Origin: an uncultured Ignavibacteria bacterium
Lineage (GTDB): Bacteria > Zixibacteria > MSB-5A5 > CAIYYT01
Assembly: GCA_964552775.1 (NCBI GenBank)
Contig: CAZKIH010000014.1
Location: 26,991 to 90,990 of the forward strand
Direction: 5' to 3'
Length of the DNA: 64,000 bases
The notes under the pieces are model-generated. The model ran no database searches and was not told where the DNA came from. It was given only the letters and a program-made list of their open reading frames with translations. Positions within the stretch are counted from its first letter, which is position 1, and every line of letters begins with the position of its first letter. This document shows positions 9,399 through 17,864 of this stretch, one piece after another. A program made the translations under genes and the position numbers.

Positions 9399-10472
9399 GT
9401 GGACAGAACCGAACTGCTGTTAGAGGAACTTACCAACGCTTATGGTCCTCCGGGGCACGAAAGTGCCATTGCCGAGATATTCAAGAAGCATGTCGCCAAA
9501 CTGGGCAAGGTCTCATACGACAAGATGGGCTCGATCATTGCCGAGCGCAAAGGCACTTCCGCCGATCCGAAAATCATGGTCGTCGGCCATCTCGACGAAA
9601 TCGGCTTCATGATCACCGAAATCACGACCAATGGTTTCCTGAAATTCCTCCCGCTCGGCGGCTGGTGGGGCCATGTCGCTCTGGCACAGCGCGTGGTGAT
9701 CCTGAGCAAGAAGGGCCCGATCCTCGGCGTCATCGGCTCAACTCCCCCACACATTCTCGAACCGGAAGCCCGCAAGAAAGTCCTCGACATCACGGATATG
9801 TACATCGATGTCGGCGTCAAGGGCAAGTATGACGTTGCCAAGAAACTCGGCATCTCGGTCGGTGACGTAGTTCTGCCCGATTCAAAGTTCACGATCATGG
9901 CCGAGAAGGACATGTACATGGCCAAGGCGATTGATAACCGCTTCGGTTGCGCCGCCGCCATCGAGGTCATGTGGCGTCTTGAAAAAGTCAAGCATCCCAA
10001 CACGCTGTACAGCGTCGGTTCGGTGCAAGAGGAGGTCGGCTGTCGCGGCGCCGGCACAGCAGCCTGGATGATCGACCCCGACCTGGCGATTGTGCTCGAT
10101 ACCGGCATTGCGCGCGACACGCCCGGAATCTCCGGCGAGCCGAAGGAGAAAGTCGGCTCCGGTCCGTCGATACTTGTCGTCGACGGCGGCATGATTCCCA
10201 ACGTCAAATTGCGTCATTTCGTGCAGGCGACTGCCGACAAGATGAAGATCAAATATCACCTATCGTCGATTCGCGGCGGCACCACCGACGGTTCGCGCAT
10301 TCACATGTCGCGCCTCGGCGTGCCCTCGATCGTGATCGGCCCGGCTGTGCGCTACATTCACGGCCACAATGCGATCATGGCGCGTGGCGACTATGAAGCG
10401 TCCGTCAAGCTGGTCGTCGAGCTCCTGAAGAAACTCGACGCCAAGACCGTGAAATCATTTACGCAATCGTAA
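9399..10472 (+). CDS. M42 family aminopeptidase (FrvX/CelM-like)
   Basis: GGAGG then GTG at 9399; VVGHLDEIGFMITEI, GFLKFLPLGGWW, DNRFGCAAAIEVM, metal-ligand pattern of peptidase M42. Confidence 0.8.
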   Translation: MDRTELLLEELTNAYGPPGHESAIAEIFKKHVAKLGKVSYDKMGSIIAERKGTSADPKIMVVGHLDEIGFMITEITTNGFLKFLPLGGWWGHVALAQRVVILSKKGPILGVIGSTPPHILEPEARKKVLDITDMYIDVGVKGKYDVAKKLGISVGDVVLPDSKFTIMAEKDMYMAKAIDNRFGCAAAIEVMWRLEKVKHPNTLYSVGSVQEEVGCRGAGTAAWMIDPDLAIVLDTGIARDTPGISGEPKEKVGSGPSILVVDGGMIPNVKLRHFVQATADKMKIKYHLSSIRGGTTDGSRIHMSRLGVPSIVIGPAVRYIHGHNAIMARGDYEASVKLVVELLKKLDAKTVKSFTQS

Positions 10473-10482
10473 ATCTGTACCG

Positions 10483-10524
10483 CCTCACCCCTCTCCCGGT
10501 TTGGGAGAGGGGTTGGGGGTGAGG
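10483..10524 (+). terminator. Rho-independent terminator after the M42 peptidase gene
   Basis: CCTCACCCCTCTCCC-GGTTTG-GGAGAGGGGTTGGGGGTGAGG long GC stem followed by GCAAGTATATTTT. Confidence 0.6.
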
Positions 10525-10546
10525 GCAAGTATATTTTGGAGACCCA

Positions 10547-11950
10547 ATGCCGTTGAAATTTTTCAACACCATGACACGTCAACTCGAAGAATTCCACTCG
10601 ATCCATCCGGGTGAGGTGCGCCTCTACACTTGCGGACCAACCGTCTACAATAACGCGCACATCGGCAATTTCCGCGCCTATATGTTCGAGGATCTGCTGC
10701 GCCGCTATCTCAAATATCGCGGCTACAAGATCACTCAGGTGATGAACCTCACCGACATCGATGACAAGACCATCAAGGGTTCAATCGCTAAAGGTGTAAC
10801 TCTCGACGAATACACGGCTGTCTTCATCAAGGCGTTCTTCGATGACATGGACGCGCTTCGCATCGAGCGCGCCGAATACTACCCGGCGGCGACCACGCAC
10901 ATCCCCGAGATGGTCGCATTGGTCAAGACGTTGCTCGACAAAGGTGTTGCCTATCGCGCGGGTAACGACATCTATTTCTCGATCTCCAAGTTCGGCGAAT
11001 ACGGCAAGCTCTCGCACATGGATCTCACCCAGCTACAGGCGGGCGCATCGCAGCGAGTCGCGGCCGATGAATACGAAAAAGAGCAAGTCTCCGATTTTGC
11101 CTTGTGGAAGGGTTGGGATGAGGCCGACGGCAACGTCTTCTGGGAAACCGAAATCGGCAAGGGCCGCCCCGGCTGGCATCTCGAGTGCTCGGCGATGTCG
11201 ATGAAATATCTCGGCGAGTCGTTCGACATCCACACCGGCGGCGTCGACAACATGTTTCCGCATCACGAAAACGAAATCGCCCAGTCGGAGGCCGCCACTG
11301 GCAAGAAATTCGTCAACTATTGGCTCCACTGCGCCCACCTCATCGTCGAGAGCAAGAAGATGTCGAAGTCGCTTGGCAACTTCTTCACCGTGCGCCAACT
11401 TCTCGACAAGGGTTATCCCGCCGTCGCGATTCGCTATCTGCTGTTGTCGACGCATTACCGCGCCTCGCTCAACTTCACGATGGACGGCCTCGATGGCGCC
11501 AAGGCCGCGATTCAGCGCCTCCGCGATTTCTACGACAACCTCACCATCGGCGTCAAGGATGTCGCTTCCGGCAAGGTCGATGAATACGTCGAGCGCGTCA
11601 AGAGCGGCTTCACTGACGGACTCGATGATGACCTCAACATCTCGCCCTCGCTCGGCGCGATTTTCGATTTCGTCCGCGACATCAATCGCCTCATCGCCGA
11701 GGGCGGCATCTCCAAAGATGACGCCGCCAAGGTCAAATCGACGATGGACGGATTCGATTCCGTGCTGGCGATTTTGCACAAAGAGGAAGTCTCGCTCGAC
11801 ACCGAGGTGGAAAAACTGATCGCCGACCGCATTGCCGCACGCAAGGCCCGCGACTTCAAGAAATCCGACACCATCCGCGACCAACTCCTGGCGATGGGCA
11901 TCATCCTCGAAGACACCCCGCAGGGCACCGTCTGGAAGAAGAAGCTGTAG
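10547..11950 (+). CDS. cysS: Cysteine--tRNA ligase
   Basis: CGPTVYNNAHIGNFRAY (HIGH motif), KMSKSLGN (KMSKS), Zn-binding Cys residues; full-length 467 aa. Confidence 0.9.
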   Translation: MPLKFFNTMTRQLEEFHSIHPGEVRLYTCGPTVYNNAHIGNFRAYMFEDLLRRYLKYRGYKITQVMNLTDIDDKTIKGSIAKGVTLDEYTAVFIKAFFDDMDALRIERAEYYPAATTHIPEMVALVKTLLDKGVAYRAGNDIYFSISKFGEYGKLSHMDLTQLQAGASQRVAADEYEKEQVSDFALWKGWDEADGNVFWETEIGKGRPGWHLECSAMSMKYLGESFDIHTGGVDNMFPHHENEIAQSEAATGKKFVNYWLHCAHLIVESKKMSKSLGNFFTVRQLLDKGYPAVAIRYLLLSTHYRASLNFTMDGLDGAKAAIQRLRDFYDNLTIGVKDVASGKVDEYVERVKSGFTDGLDDDLNISPSLGAIFDFVRDINRLIAEGGISKDDAAKVKSTMDGFDSVLAILHKEEVSLDTEVEKLIADRIAARKARDFKKSDTIRDQLLAMGIILEDTPQGTVWKKKL

Positions 11951-12046
11951 GCGAGAGCAGGGTCGCCCACAGCAAGCTGTGGGCGACCCACGCAGGCTGT
12001 AAACGGCCCAACCACGGCGTAGAATTTGAAAAAGGAGATGACCTCG

Positions 12047-12475
12047 ATGCCGTCAGTTCTCGCTCTCGACCTCGAAGGCACATTGATATCGAATGCGGTT
12101 AGTCAGATTCCGCGTCCCGGCCTCTTCTCGTTCTTGGAAGAAGCAAGCAGGCTCTTCCCGCGCATTGTGATCTTCACGGCGGTTCGCGAAGCGACTTTTC
12201 GCAGTGTGGCCCAAGGCTTGGTTGATTCGGGCGACGCTCCCGCTTGGTTCGCAGATTTGGAGTATGTGAATTGGCACGGCTCGGCAAAGGATTTACGCTT
12301 TATCAAAGATGCGTGTATCGAAGATATCGTGCTTGTTGATGATTTTGAAGGCTATGTTATGGCAGAGCAGAAGCAGCATTGGATTGCGATTAAGAGCTAC
12401 GAAAATCCCTATGGCACCGACGATCGCGAACTGCTTCTCACCCTTGAAGAGCTAAGAGTGCTGTGGCAGAATTGA
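12047..12475 (+). CDS. HAD-superfamily (NIF/FCP1-like) phosphatase/hydrolase, hypothetical
   Basis: AAAGGAG RBS then ATG 12047; MPSVLALDLEGTLIS contains the DxDx(T/V) HAD motif I. Confidence 0.55.
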   Translation: MPSVLALDLEGTLISNAVSQIPRPGLFSFLEEASRLFPRIVIFTAVREATFRSVAQGLVDSGDAPAWFADLEYVNWHGSAKDLRFIKDACIEDIVLVDDFEGYVMAEQKQHWIAIKSYENPYGTDDRELLLTLEELRVLWQN

Positions 12476-12568
12476 CCCAGTCTGTATGTCGGACTGTGGT
12501 TTGGACTTTGTGTTCCCAACAGGATTTGTCGTGCGTGGCGCACACGCCCTCGTATGCAACAGAGTTGA

Positions 12569-12596
12569 GTAGGTCCGAACCCCCGAGGTTCGGACC
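12569..12596. repeat. Palindromic repeat element copy A (GTAGGTCCGAACC-CCCGA-GGTTCGGACC)
   Basis: Perfect 10-bp stem; same family as copies at 12619-12645 (inverted orientation), 13758-13788 (degenerate) and 13819-13846. Confidence 0.6.
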
Positions 12597-12618
12597 ACTT
12601 GTTCGCCCAAAGATAATC

Positions 12619-12645
12619 GTCCGGACCGCAGGGGTCCGGACCTAC
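12619..12645. repeat. Palindromic repeat element copy B (GTCCGGACC-GCAGG-GGTCCGGACCTAC), inverted relative to copy A
   Basis: 9-bp perfect stem, ends in ...GGACCTAC which is the reverse complement of the GTAGGTCC... start of copies A and D. Confidence 0.55.
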
Positions 12646-12694
12646 AAACTAACTCAGTTCTCTGATCATCGAATATCGTGCGTACCCCGACCAC

Positions 12695-13618
12695 TCACTC
12701 GAGCGGCAAACCGATTCTCCCGAGCTTGAAGTTGAACCATACGCGAATGGCACGACCCCTGATCAGGTCCCTGGTAACCGGCCCAAAGAAGCGCGAATCG
12801 AATGAATCATCACGACTATCGCCGAGCATGAAGTAGGAATTCGCGGGAATAGTGTATGGGCCAAAATCATCGCGCTTGGGATTCATCTCGGTATCGCTGT
12901 GAAGACCAGCAGGCGGCAGCGGCACTCTTTCGCCGTTGACGAGTAGCTGCTTTTCTCTCATCTCCACGACGTCAGACCCGACGGCGACGCAGCGTTTGAC
13001 ATATGTAACAGTGTGAACTGCCGGGTGGTAGAATACCACCAATTCACCCCTTTGCGGCTCAGCGCTCTCATAGGCAGAAAGATCCACCAGAATTCTATCG
13101 CCAATGGCGATCGTATTTTCCATACTTGCGCTGCTGCTCACAAAGGTCTCGTAACTGCCAAATATCGGTGTTGTCAAAGTGGCGATGATCCAGATGGCCA
13201 CAAACAAACCGGCATACACGAAGAGATTTGTGACTCGCCTCGGCTTGTTCGTGAGAGCATGATAGGACTTCGCGACCTTGACTGCAGAGACAATGGAGAC
13301 GACAAGGAACACCAAACTACTCAACAGGGGAAGGACCACATTGAAGGGTTGTGCATCCCAGAAAACAACCATCGCCATTTCAATATTGGCGAGGACTATT
13401 GCTGCAACCAGGAAACTGATGGCAAGCTTCAGTGAGCCGCCATACAAATGGCCGAGGCCGGGTGCTAACAACGCCAGCAAGCCGGCCAGAATGGGTCTTG
13501 GGTGAGCCTTGCGCAAGGGCTGCCTGACTCTGCCGCAGTTGGGGCACTTAAAGTCGGGCAAAAGGACTTCTTGCTCGGTGAGTGTAGAGGTCGTTCCACA
13601 GAGGCACCTGTATTCCAT
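12695..13618 (-). CDS. lepB: Signal peptidase I with N-terminal zinc-ribbon extension and extra TM segments
   Basis: Catalytic Ser region SSSASMENTI, GDRILVD, Lys box VKRCVAVGSD, GDSRDDSFDSRFFG (S26 boxes B-E); N-terminus MEYRCLCGTT...FKCPNCG is a C-x-C...C-P-x-C ribbon not typical of LepB. Confidence 0.8.
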   Translation of the reverse strand: MEYRCLCGTTSTLTEQEVLLPDFKCPNCGRVRQPLRKAHPRPILAGLLALLAPGLGHLYGGSLKLAISFLVAAIVLANIEMAMVVFWDAQPFNVVLPLLSSLVFLVVSIVSAVKVAKSYHALTNKPRRVTNLFVYAGLFVAIWIIATLTTPIFGSYETFVSSSASMENTIAIGDRILVDLSAYESAEPQRGELVVFYHPAVHTVTYVKRCVAVGSDVVEMREKQLLVNGERVPLPPAGLHSDTEMNPKRDDFGPYTIPANSYFMLGDSRDDSFDSRFFGPVTRDLIRGRAIRVWFNFKLGRIGLPLE

Positions 13619-13757
13619 ACCCTCTCCTTAGATTCGCTTCTTGCGATTCTGTTCAAATCTCGATGAGGATAAACTACTCCACAAAGCAGAATTGCGCAAT
13701 GCAATTCCGTAGCACGCCATTTTCTGATAGACGTGCGTTCACACCAATATCTCAGCC

Positions 13758-13788
13758 CGTAAGCCGAACCCCCGTGATACGGACCCCT
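13758..13788. repeat. Degenerate copy C of the same palindromic element (GTAAGCCGAACCCCCGTGATACGGACCCC)
   Basis: Shares the CCGAACCCCCGTG core with copy D but the stem is degraded. Confidence 0.4.
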
Positions 13789-13818
13789 TTCTGGTACTTG
13801 ACGCCTCCGCACTAGGAA

Positions 13819-13846
13819 GTAGGTCCGAACCCCCGTGGTTCGGACA
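13819..13846. repeat. Palindromic repeat element copy D (GTAGGTCCGAACC-CCCGT-GGTTCGGAC)
   Basis: Near-identical to copy A (loop CCCGT versus CCCGA); sits between lepB and the NrfD-type gene. Confidence 0.6.
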
Positions 13847-13852
13847 GAACAT

Positions 13853-15052
13853 TTATACACCTCTCGGCTTCGCACCCATCCAGACCGGCATCACGCGCGA
13901 CAAGAGATAGAGAATGACAAAGGGCATTATCAGCATGGCTGTAGCCACCAGCAATCCTTCGATTCCGAACAACTGCAGCTTGTAAATCGTCAGTCCACGC
14001 AATGACTTCGAGAACAATTGTCCGCCGATTACCACATTCCAACGCGTGCTGAAAATTCCGATCTGCACCAGGACGGCGCAGACGAAATACAACAATCGAC
14101 GCATCTCGTCATGCATGCGGGCAAAACGCGCCACTGCCAGTCCAATCACGGGTATAGCGGATCCGATAATGATCTGGGTCACAATCAGGCTGATGAACAG
14201 CCTACTGCTGATCATCTGCGAGAGAATGTTGATTGATTCCTCCGACTCGTAAAGACGGTGCACAAAATCGAGCAGCTCCAGCGAGAAATCGAGGATCATG
14301 GCGTACATCAAGAATTCGCCCAGCTTGTTGAGACAGGACATGTCAATCTGGCGGCCGCGCAACAGCGACATCAGAAGGTACAGCAAGAGGATTATCGCGA
14401 TGCCTGATACGATAGCTGAGAATAGGAAGACGATCGGCATGAGCACGCTGCTCCACCACGGGTTTGCCTTGACCGATCCAAAGATAAACCCGACATAACC
14501 GTGCAGCAAAAACGCCGACGGAATACCGATTATCGTGATCACGCGACCGATCTTCTCGTCCCAGGCCAAAGCCTTTGGCGAAATGTCGTTGGCGCCGAGG
14601 GTCAGAATCTTATAGACCAATCTCCGCCAGCCGCGGCTGCTGTTTGACCAGACCACGAAATCGTGACGGTAGTCGAACCAGATTTCAAGCAGCAAAACCA
14701 CCATCAGATACCAGGCATAGACAAATCCGAACATCGCCATCGCCGAACTTGTGTGCGGAGTCAAGAACATTTCCATTGCCCGTTCCGGTCGGCCCAAATG
14801 CGCCAACAGTGGCAGTGGCGCCACAATCAGAAAGGCCAGTGCCCCCAGCAGCGACAGCCGGTAGACCGGTTGGAGCGCCCTGACTTTGAACACTCGTTCC
14901 AACGATGCCAGTATGAACGCACCGGCGACCAGTCCGGTCAGATAAGGATAGACAACGATCAGTATGCTCCAGTGGAGCTCGTATTCATTGGGGTAGATAT
15001 AGCCGGTCACTCCCGACAGAGCTTCTCCCGCCTGTCCAATAAGGTCGATCAT
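13853..15052 (-). CDS. NrfD/PsrC-family polytopic membrane subunit (quinone-interacting) of a membrane-bound oxidoreductase
   Basis: 399 aa, about 10 TM helices, typical of NrfD/PsrC/ActC/DsrP; start 4 nt after the stop of the FeS gene. Confidence 0.8.
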   Translation of the reverse strand: MIDLIGQAGEALSGVTGYIYPNEYELHWSILIVVYPYLTGLVAGAFILASLERVFKVRALQPVYRLSLLGALAFLIVAPLPLLAHLGRPERAMEMFLTPHTSSAMAMFGFVYAWYLMVVLLLEIWFDYRHDFVVWSNSSRGWRRLVYKILTLGANDISPKALAWDEKIGRVITIIGIPSAFLLHGYVGFIFGSVKANPWWSSVLMPIVFLFSAIVSGIAIILLLYLLMSLLRGRQIDMSCLNKLGEFLMYAMILDFSLELLDFVHRLYESEESINILSQMISSRLFISLIVTQIIIGSAIPVIGLAVARFARMHDEMRRLLYFVCAVLVQIGIFSTRWNVVIGGQLFSKSLRGLTIYKLQLFGIEGLLVATAMLIMPFVILYLLSRVMPVWMGAKPRGV

Positions 15053-15055
15053 AGA

Positions 15056-15826
15056 CTATATCACCTCTCCGTCCGCACCGGCATAGAAGACTTTGGGCTT
15101 TGTGTTGAGCCACGGCTTCAGGATGTTGACCTCGTTGAATCGCAAGAATCGGAGCAAGGGCGAACTGCTCTTGTCCAGTTCACCGAATACGCGAGCCTGG
15201 GTGGGGCAGACCTCAACACAAGCCGGTAGCAGCCCTTGCGTTATGCGGTGATAACAGAATGTGCATTTGTCGGCGACCTTCTTTTCGGGATGCAAGTACC
15301 GCGCTCCATACGGGCATGCCTGAATGCAGTAGCGGCAGCCGACGCAGTAGGTCTCGTCGACGAGCACGACACCATCGCGACTCGTAAATGTCGCGCCCAC
15401 CGGGCAAACCTGTACGCAGGGAGCTTGCTCGCAGTGGTTGCAGAGCTTGGGCACGAAGAAAGTCCGCAGTACCGCTTCACCATCCTCAATCTGACTGAAT
15501 CCATTGATGCCGCCATTTGGCGATTCGACAATAGTCTCGCCCTTGATCGGAACAACATATCGCTCAACCCAGGTGCGGAAAAACATCGGCTCCTTCGGTA
15601 CATGATTTTCTTCTTTGCAAGCAACGGCACAGCGACCGCAACCGATGCACTTGTGGATGTCAATCCCCATGGCATAGTTGTGCTGAGTCGGGTCGTAATC
15701 CTTGTTGCCCTCGGCCAGCAGCATCATCGGGTCAACGGTCGCCGCCAGTGCCAGCCACAAGGTCAGCTTCTGCGAGAGGTTGTCCATGAAGTCGCGTCGC
15801 GACATCCCGGGATGTTGAGTTGTCAT
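15056..15826 (-). CDS. Tat-exported 4Fe-4S ferredoxin-type subunit (NrfC/PsrB/DsrO-like)
   Basis: GGAGG then ATG 15824-15826; MTTQHPGMSRRDFMDNLS twin-arginine motif; four Cys clusters (CIGCGRCAVAC, CNHCEQAPCVQVCP, CVGCRYCIQACP, CTFC...CVEVCP). Confidence 0.8.
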   Translation of the reverse strand: MTTQHPGMSRRDFMDNLSQKLTLWLALAATVDPMMLLAEGNKDYDPTQHNYAMGIDIHKCIGCGRCAVACKEENHVPKEPMFFRTWVERYVVPIKGETIVESPNGGINGFSQIEDGEAVLRTFFVPKLCNHCEQAPCVQVCPVGATFTSRDGVVLVDETYCVGCRYCIQACPYGARYLHPEKKVADKCTFCYHRITQGLLPACVEVCPTQARVFGELDKSSSPLLRFLRFNEVNILKPWLNTKPKVFYAGADGEVI

Positions 15827-16566
15827 TGATAGGCCTCCGGATAATGAGGATAGTGGCACTCCCAACAAAGATAGCGCCCACCGTGAGTCTGCAGATCGAC
15901 TTTCGGGACCCCGCGGTCGCCATCCAAATCGAGATCGTGACACTTCCCGCAAACACTGCGTTCACGCGGTTTCTCCGCCTCTGTCGTATTCGGTTGCGTG
16001 AAATGTTCGGGCGGCACAATGTGGCACTCTGTGCAAGCCAGCGCCGCATGATGAGACGCGAGCTTCACATTGTAAATATTGCGATGGCAGGCACTGCATT
16101 CTGTGGCGGAAGTTGTCGGCAGGAGCGGATTATGTGGATCGTGGCAGCTCTGACACGGCTGACCGGGATTGTGACGCTCGGTCACAACCTGCGGAAAACC
16201 GGTTGGGCGTGAAATGTTATAGCCATGACAAAGCGGACAAAAATCGCGACCGGATGGCAAATCCGGAGTGTGCTCGTCGGGTGCCTCGATGTGAGCCGTA
16301 GATGGTCCATGACAGGTCTCGCAGGAGATGCCGCGATGATGCGATTTTGAGCGCTCCTCAAAGATGTCGTCGTGACATTCCATGCAAGCCTGGTATCCCG
16401 CATAGGCAACAGGCAACGCTTGAATTTCGTCCACTGCGGCCGCGCGGTAGTGACCGTATTCCCCAAATGTCTTGGGCATGAACAGAAATCGGCCCACAAA
16501 AAATGTGGCCACCACGAGTGCAAAGGCCAGAATCAACGGTCGTACCTGTTGCGGTAACCAATTCAA
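15823..16566 (-). CDS. Membrane-anchored multiheme (8 x CxxCH) cytochrome c
   Basis: N-terminal TM (LILAFALVVATFFVGRFLF); CMECH, CETCH, CPLCH, CQSCH, CSACH, CTECH, CGKCH, CWECH; its stop overlaps the FeS-gene start. Confidence 0.8.
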   Translation of the reverse strand: MNWLPQQVRPLILAFALVVATFFVGRFLFMPKTFGEYGHYRAAAVDEIQALPVAYAGYQACMECHDDIFEERSKSHHRGISCETCHGPSTAHIEAPDEHTPDLPSGRDFCPLCHGYNISRPTGFPQVVTERHNPGQPCQSCHDPHNPLLPTTSATECSACHRNIYNVKLASHHAALACTECHIVPPEHFTQPNTTEAEKPRERSVCGKCHDLDLDGDRGVPKVDLQTHGGRYLCWECHYPHYPEAYQ

Positions 16567-16874
16567 GTCATCTCCTCGGACGACGTTTACGATAGGGAAT
16601 CGATAACTGAACCCAAGAAACCATTCATGGTCTTTTCTGTCAACTATAATTTTGTATCAAAATGGTAATTTTTATCTTGTTATCCAGGTACGTCACTGTA
16701 TTTTGGATTCAAGCAGCATCTCTCAATAGAACGACATCATTCTGCGTCCACGAACTGCAATTGCAGTCGCGATGTGAGCGGCCTCCACCACGGCCAGGCG
16801 ACTCGCAGTTGCGAAACTCGCAACGCGCCCGGTCATCTCTGGCATTTCGGGTGCGATACTCTTGAGGAGGAGAT

Positions 16875-16997
16875 ATGAGTTGGAGTCTTTATTTTCTCGT
16901 AGTCGTCATCTTGGTTGGCGGTGTTCTTACAATCGGACTCTTTGGAGGGATGTTCTGGCTTGCTCGACGCAAAGACAGCGAAAGGCCAAACAAGTAG
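16875..16997 (+). CDS. Candidate 40-aa single-TM small protein (not in ORF track)
   Basis: GGAGGAGATATG strong RBS; MSWSLYFLVVVILVGGVLTIGLFGGMFWLARRKDSERPNK*; hydrophobic helix plus basic tail. Confidence 0.35.
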   Translation: MSWSLYFLVVVILVGGVLTIGLFGGMFWLARRKDSERPNK

Positions 16998-17090
16998 TGC
17001 CCGCATGGCAAGTTGGTAGGTTGGAACACCCTCCAGATTGGACAAGTTGTTCTGAGTGGCACCCGCCCTCGTGTGCCACGGAGTAAAACA

Positions 17091-17618
17091 ATGCCGAAAC
17101 CCCTCCTCACCGAATTCGAACGCTACCGCCTGATCGGCGAAAAAGCGCTCGCCCAAGTGTCCGAGGAAGACTTGAACCGTCTTCCCGGCCCAATAGGTGG
17201 CCACAACTCGATTGCGATGATCGTCAGGCATCTCGGCGGCAACCTGCTTTCGCGCTTCACAGATTTCCTGACAACCGACGGTGAAAAACCGTGGCGCGAT
17301 CGCGATGCCGAATTCGAGGAGCGCCGCTACACACAGCAGGAGGTCCTCGAGTGGTGGAACAAGGGCTGGCAAGTCCTTCAGGCGGAACTGGCGAAGCTGA
17401 CCGATGCCGACCTGAATCGGACAGTGACGATTCGCGGAATTTCACTAACCGTCGGCGAAGCCCTCACGCGCTCAGTCGCGCATGTCGCATATCATGTCGG
17501 ACAGATTGTGCTGCTGGCCCGAATCGCAAGCGGCGAGCAGTGGCAGTGGATAAGCATCCCCCGCGGACAATCCAAAGACTACAATCTGAATCCAACGAAA
17601 GAGAAGAAGCCGGAATAA
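17091..17618 (+). CDS. DinB/YfiT-like (DUF1572/DinB_2) family protein
   Basis: MPKPLLTEFERYRLIGEKAL...; metal-binding His pattern (HNSIAMIVRHLGGN, VAHVAYHVGQI) typical of the DinB_2 four-helix bundle. Confidence 0.7.
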   Translation: MPKPLLTEFERYRLIGEKALAQVSEEDLNRLPGPIGGHNSIAMIVRHLGGNLLSRFTDFLTTDGEKPWRDRDAEFEERRYTQQEVLEWWNKGWQVLQAELAKLTDADLNRTVTIRGISLTVGEALTRSVAHVAYHVGQIVLLARIASGEQWQWISIPRGQSKDYNLNPTKEKKPE

Positions 17619-17864
17619 TCCGTAAACAAAATGATCCGAACCCCTGCGAGTCGCTTTCTTGATAATCCGACTCATTACAGAGAACCCTGTACATATCATA
17701 ATCACCGGTGCTGAAACCGTCTGTCGACTTTCGGCACTCAAAATTCAGGTTGGTTTGGAGATGTATAAAGACTTGATTTTTATTCAAAAGCGCATAAATT
17801 GGAGTTGTCACACGACATTTGTCCGGATTGAGTGAGAGTGTCCTCACTGTTCCAAGGATGATTT

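Noticed and set aside
10781-11884. Multiple long antisense and alternate-frame ORFs inside cysS (for example 11033..11884 -, 11373..11819 +)
   Set aside because: They overlap a confidently identified gene, have Arg/Ala-rich low-complexity translations typical of GC-rich off-frame reading, and have no RBS.
16833-17372. 179-aa minus-strand ORF upstream of the cytochrome operon
   Set aside because: It is antisense to the well-supported DinB-like gene and would leave no promoter space. No motif was found.
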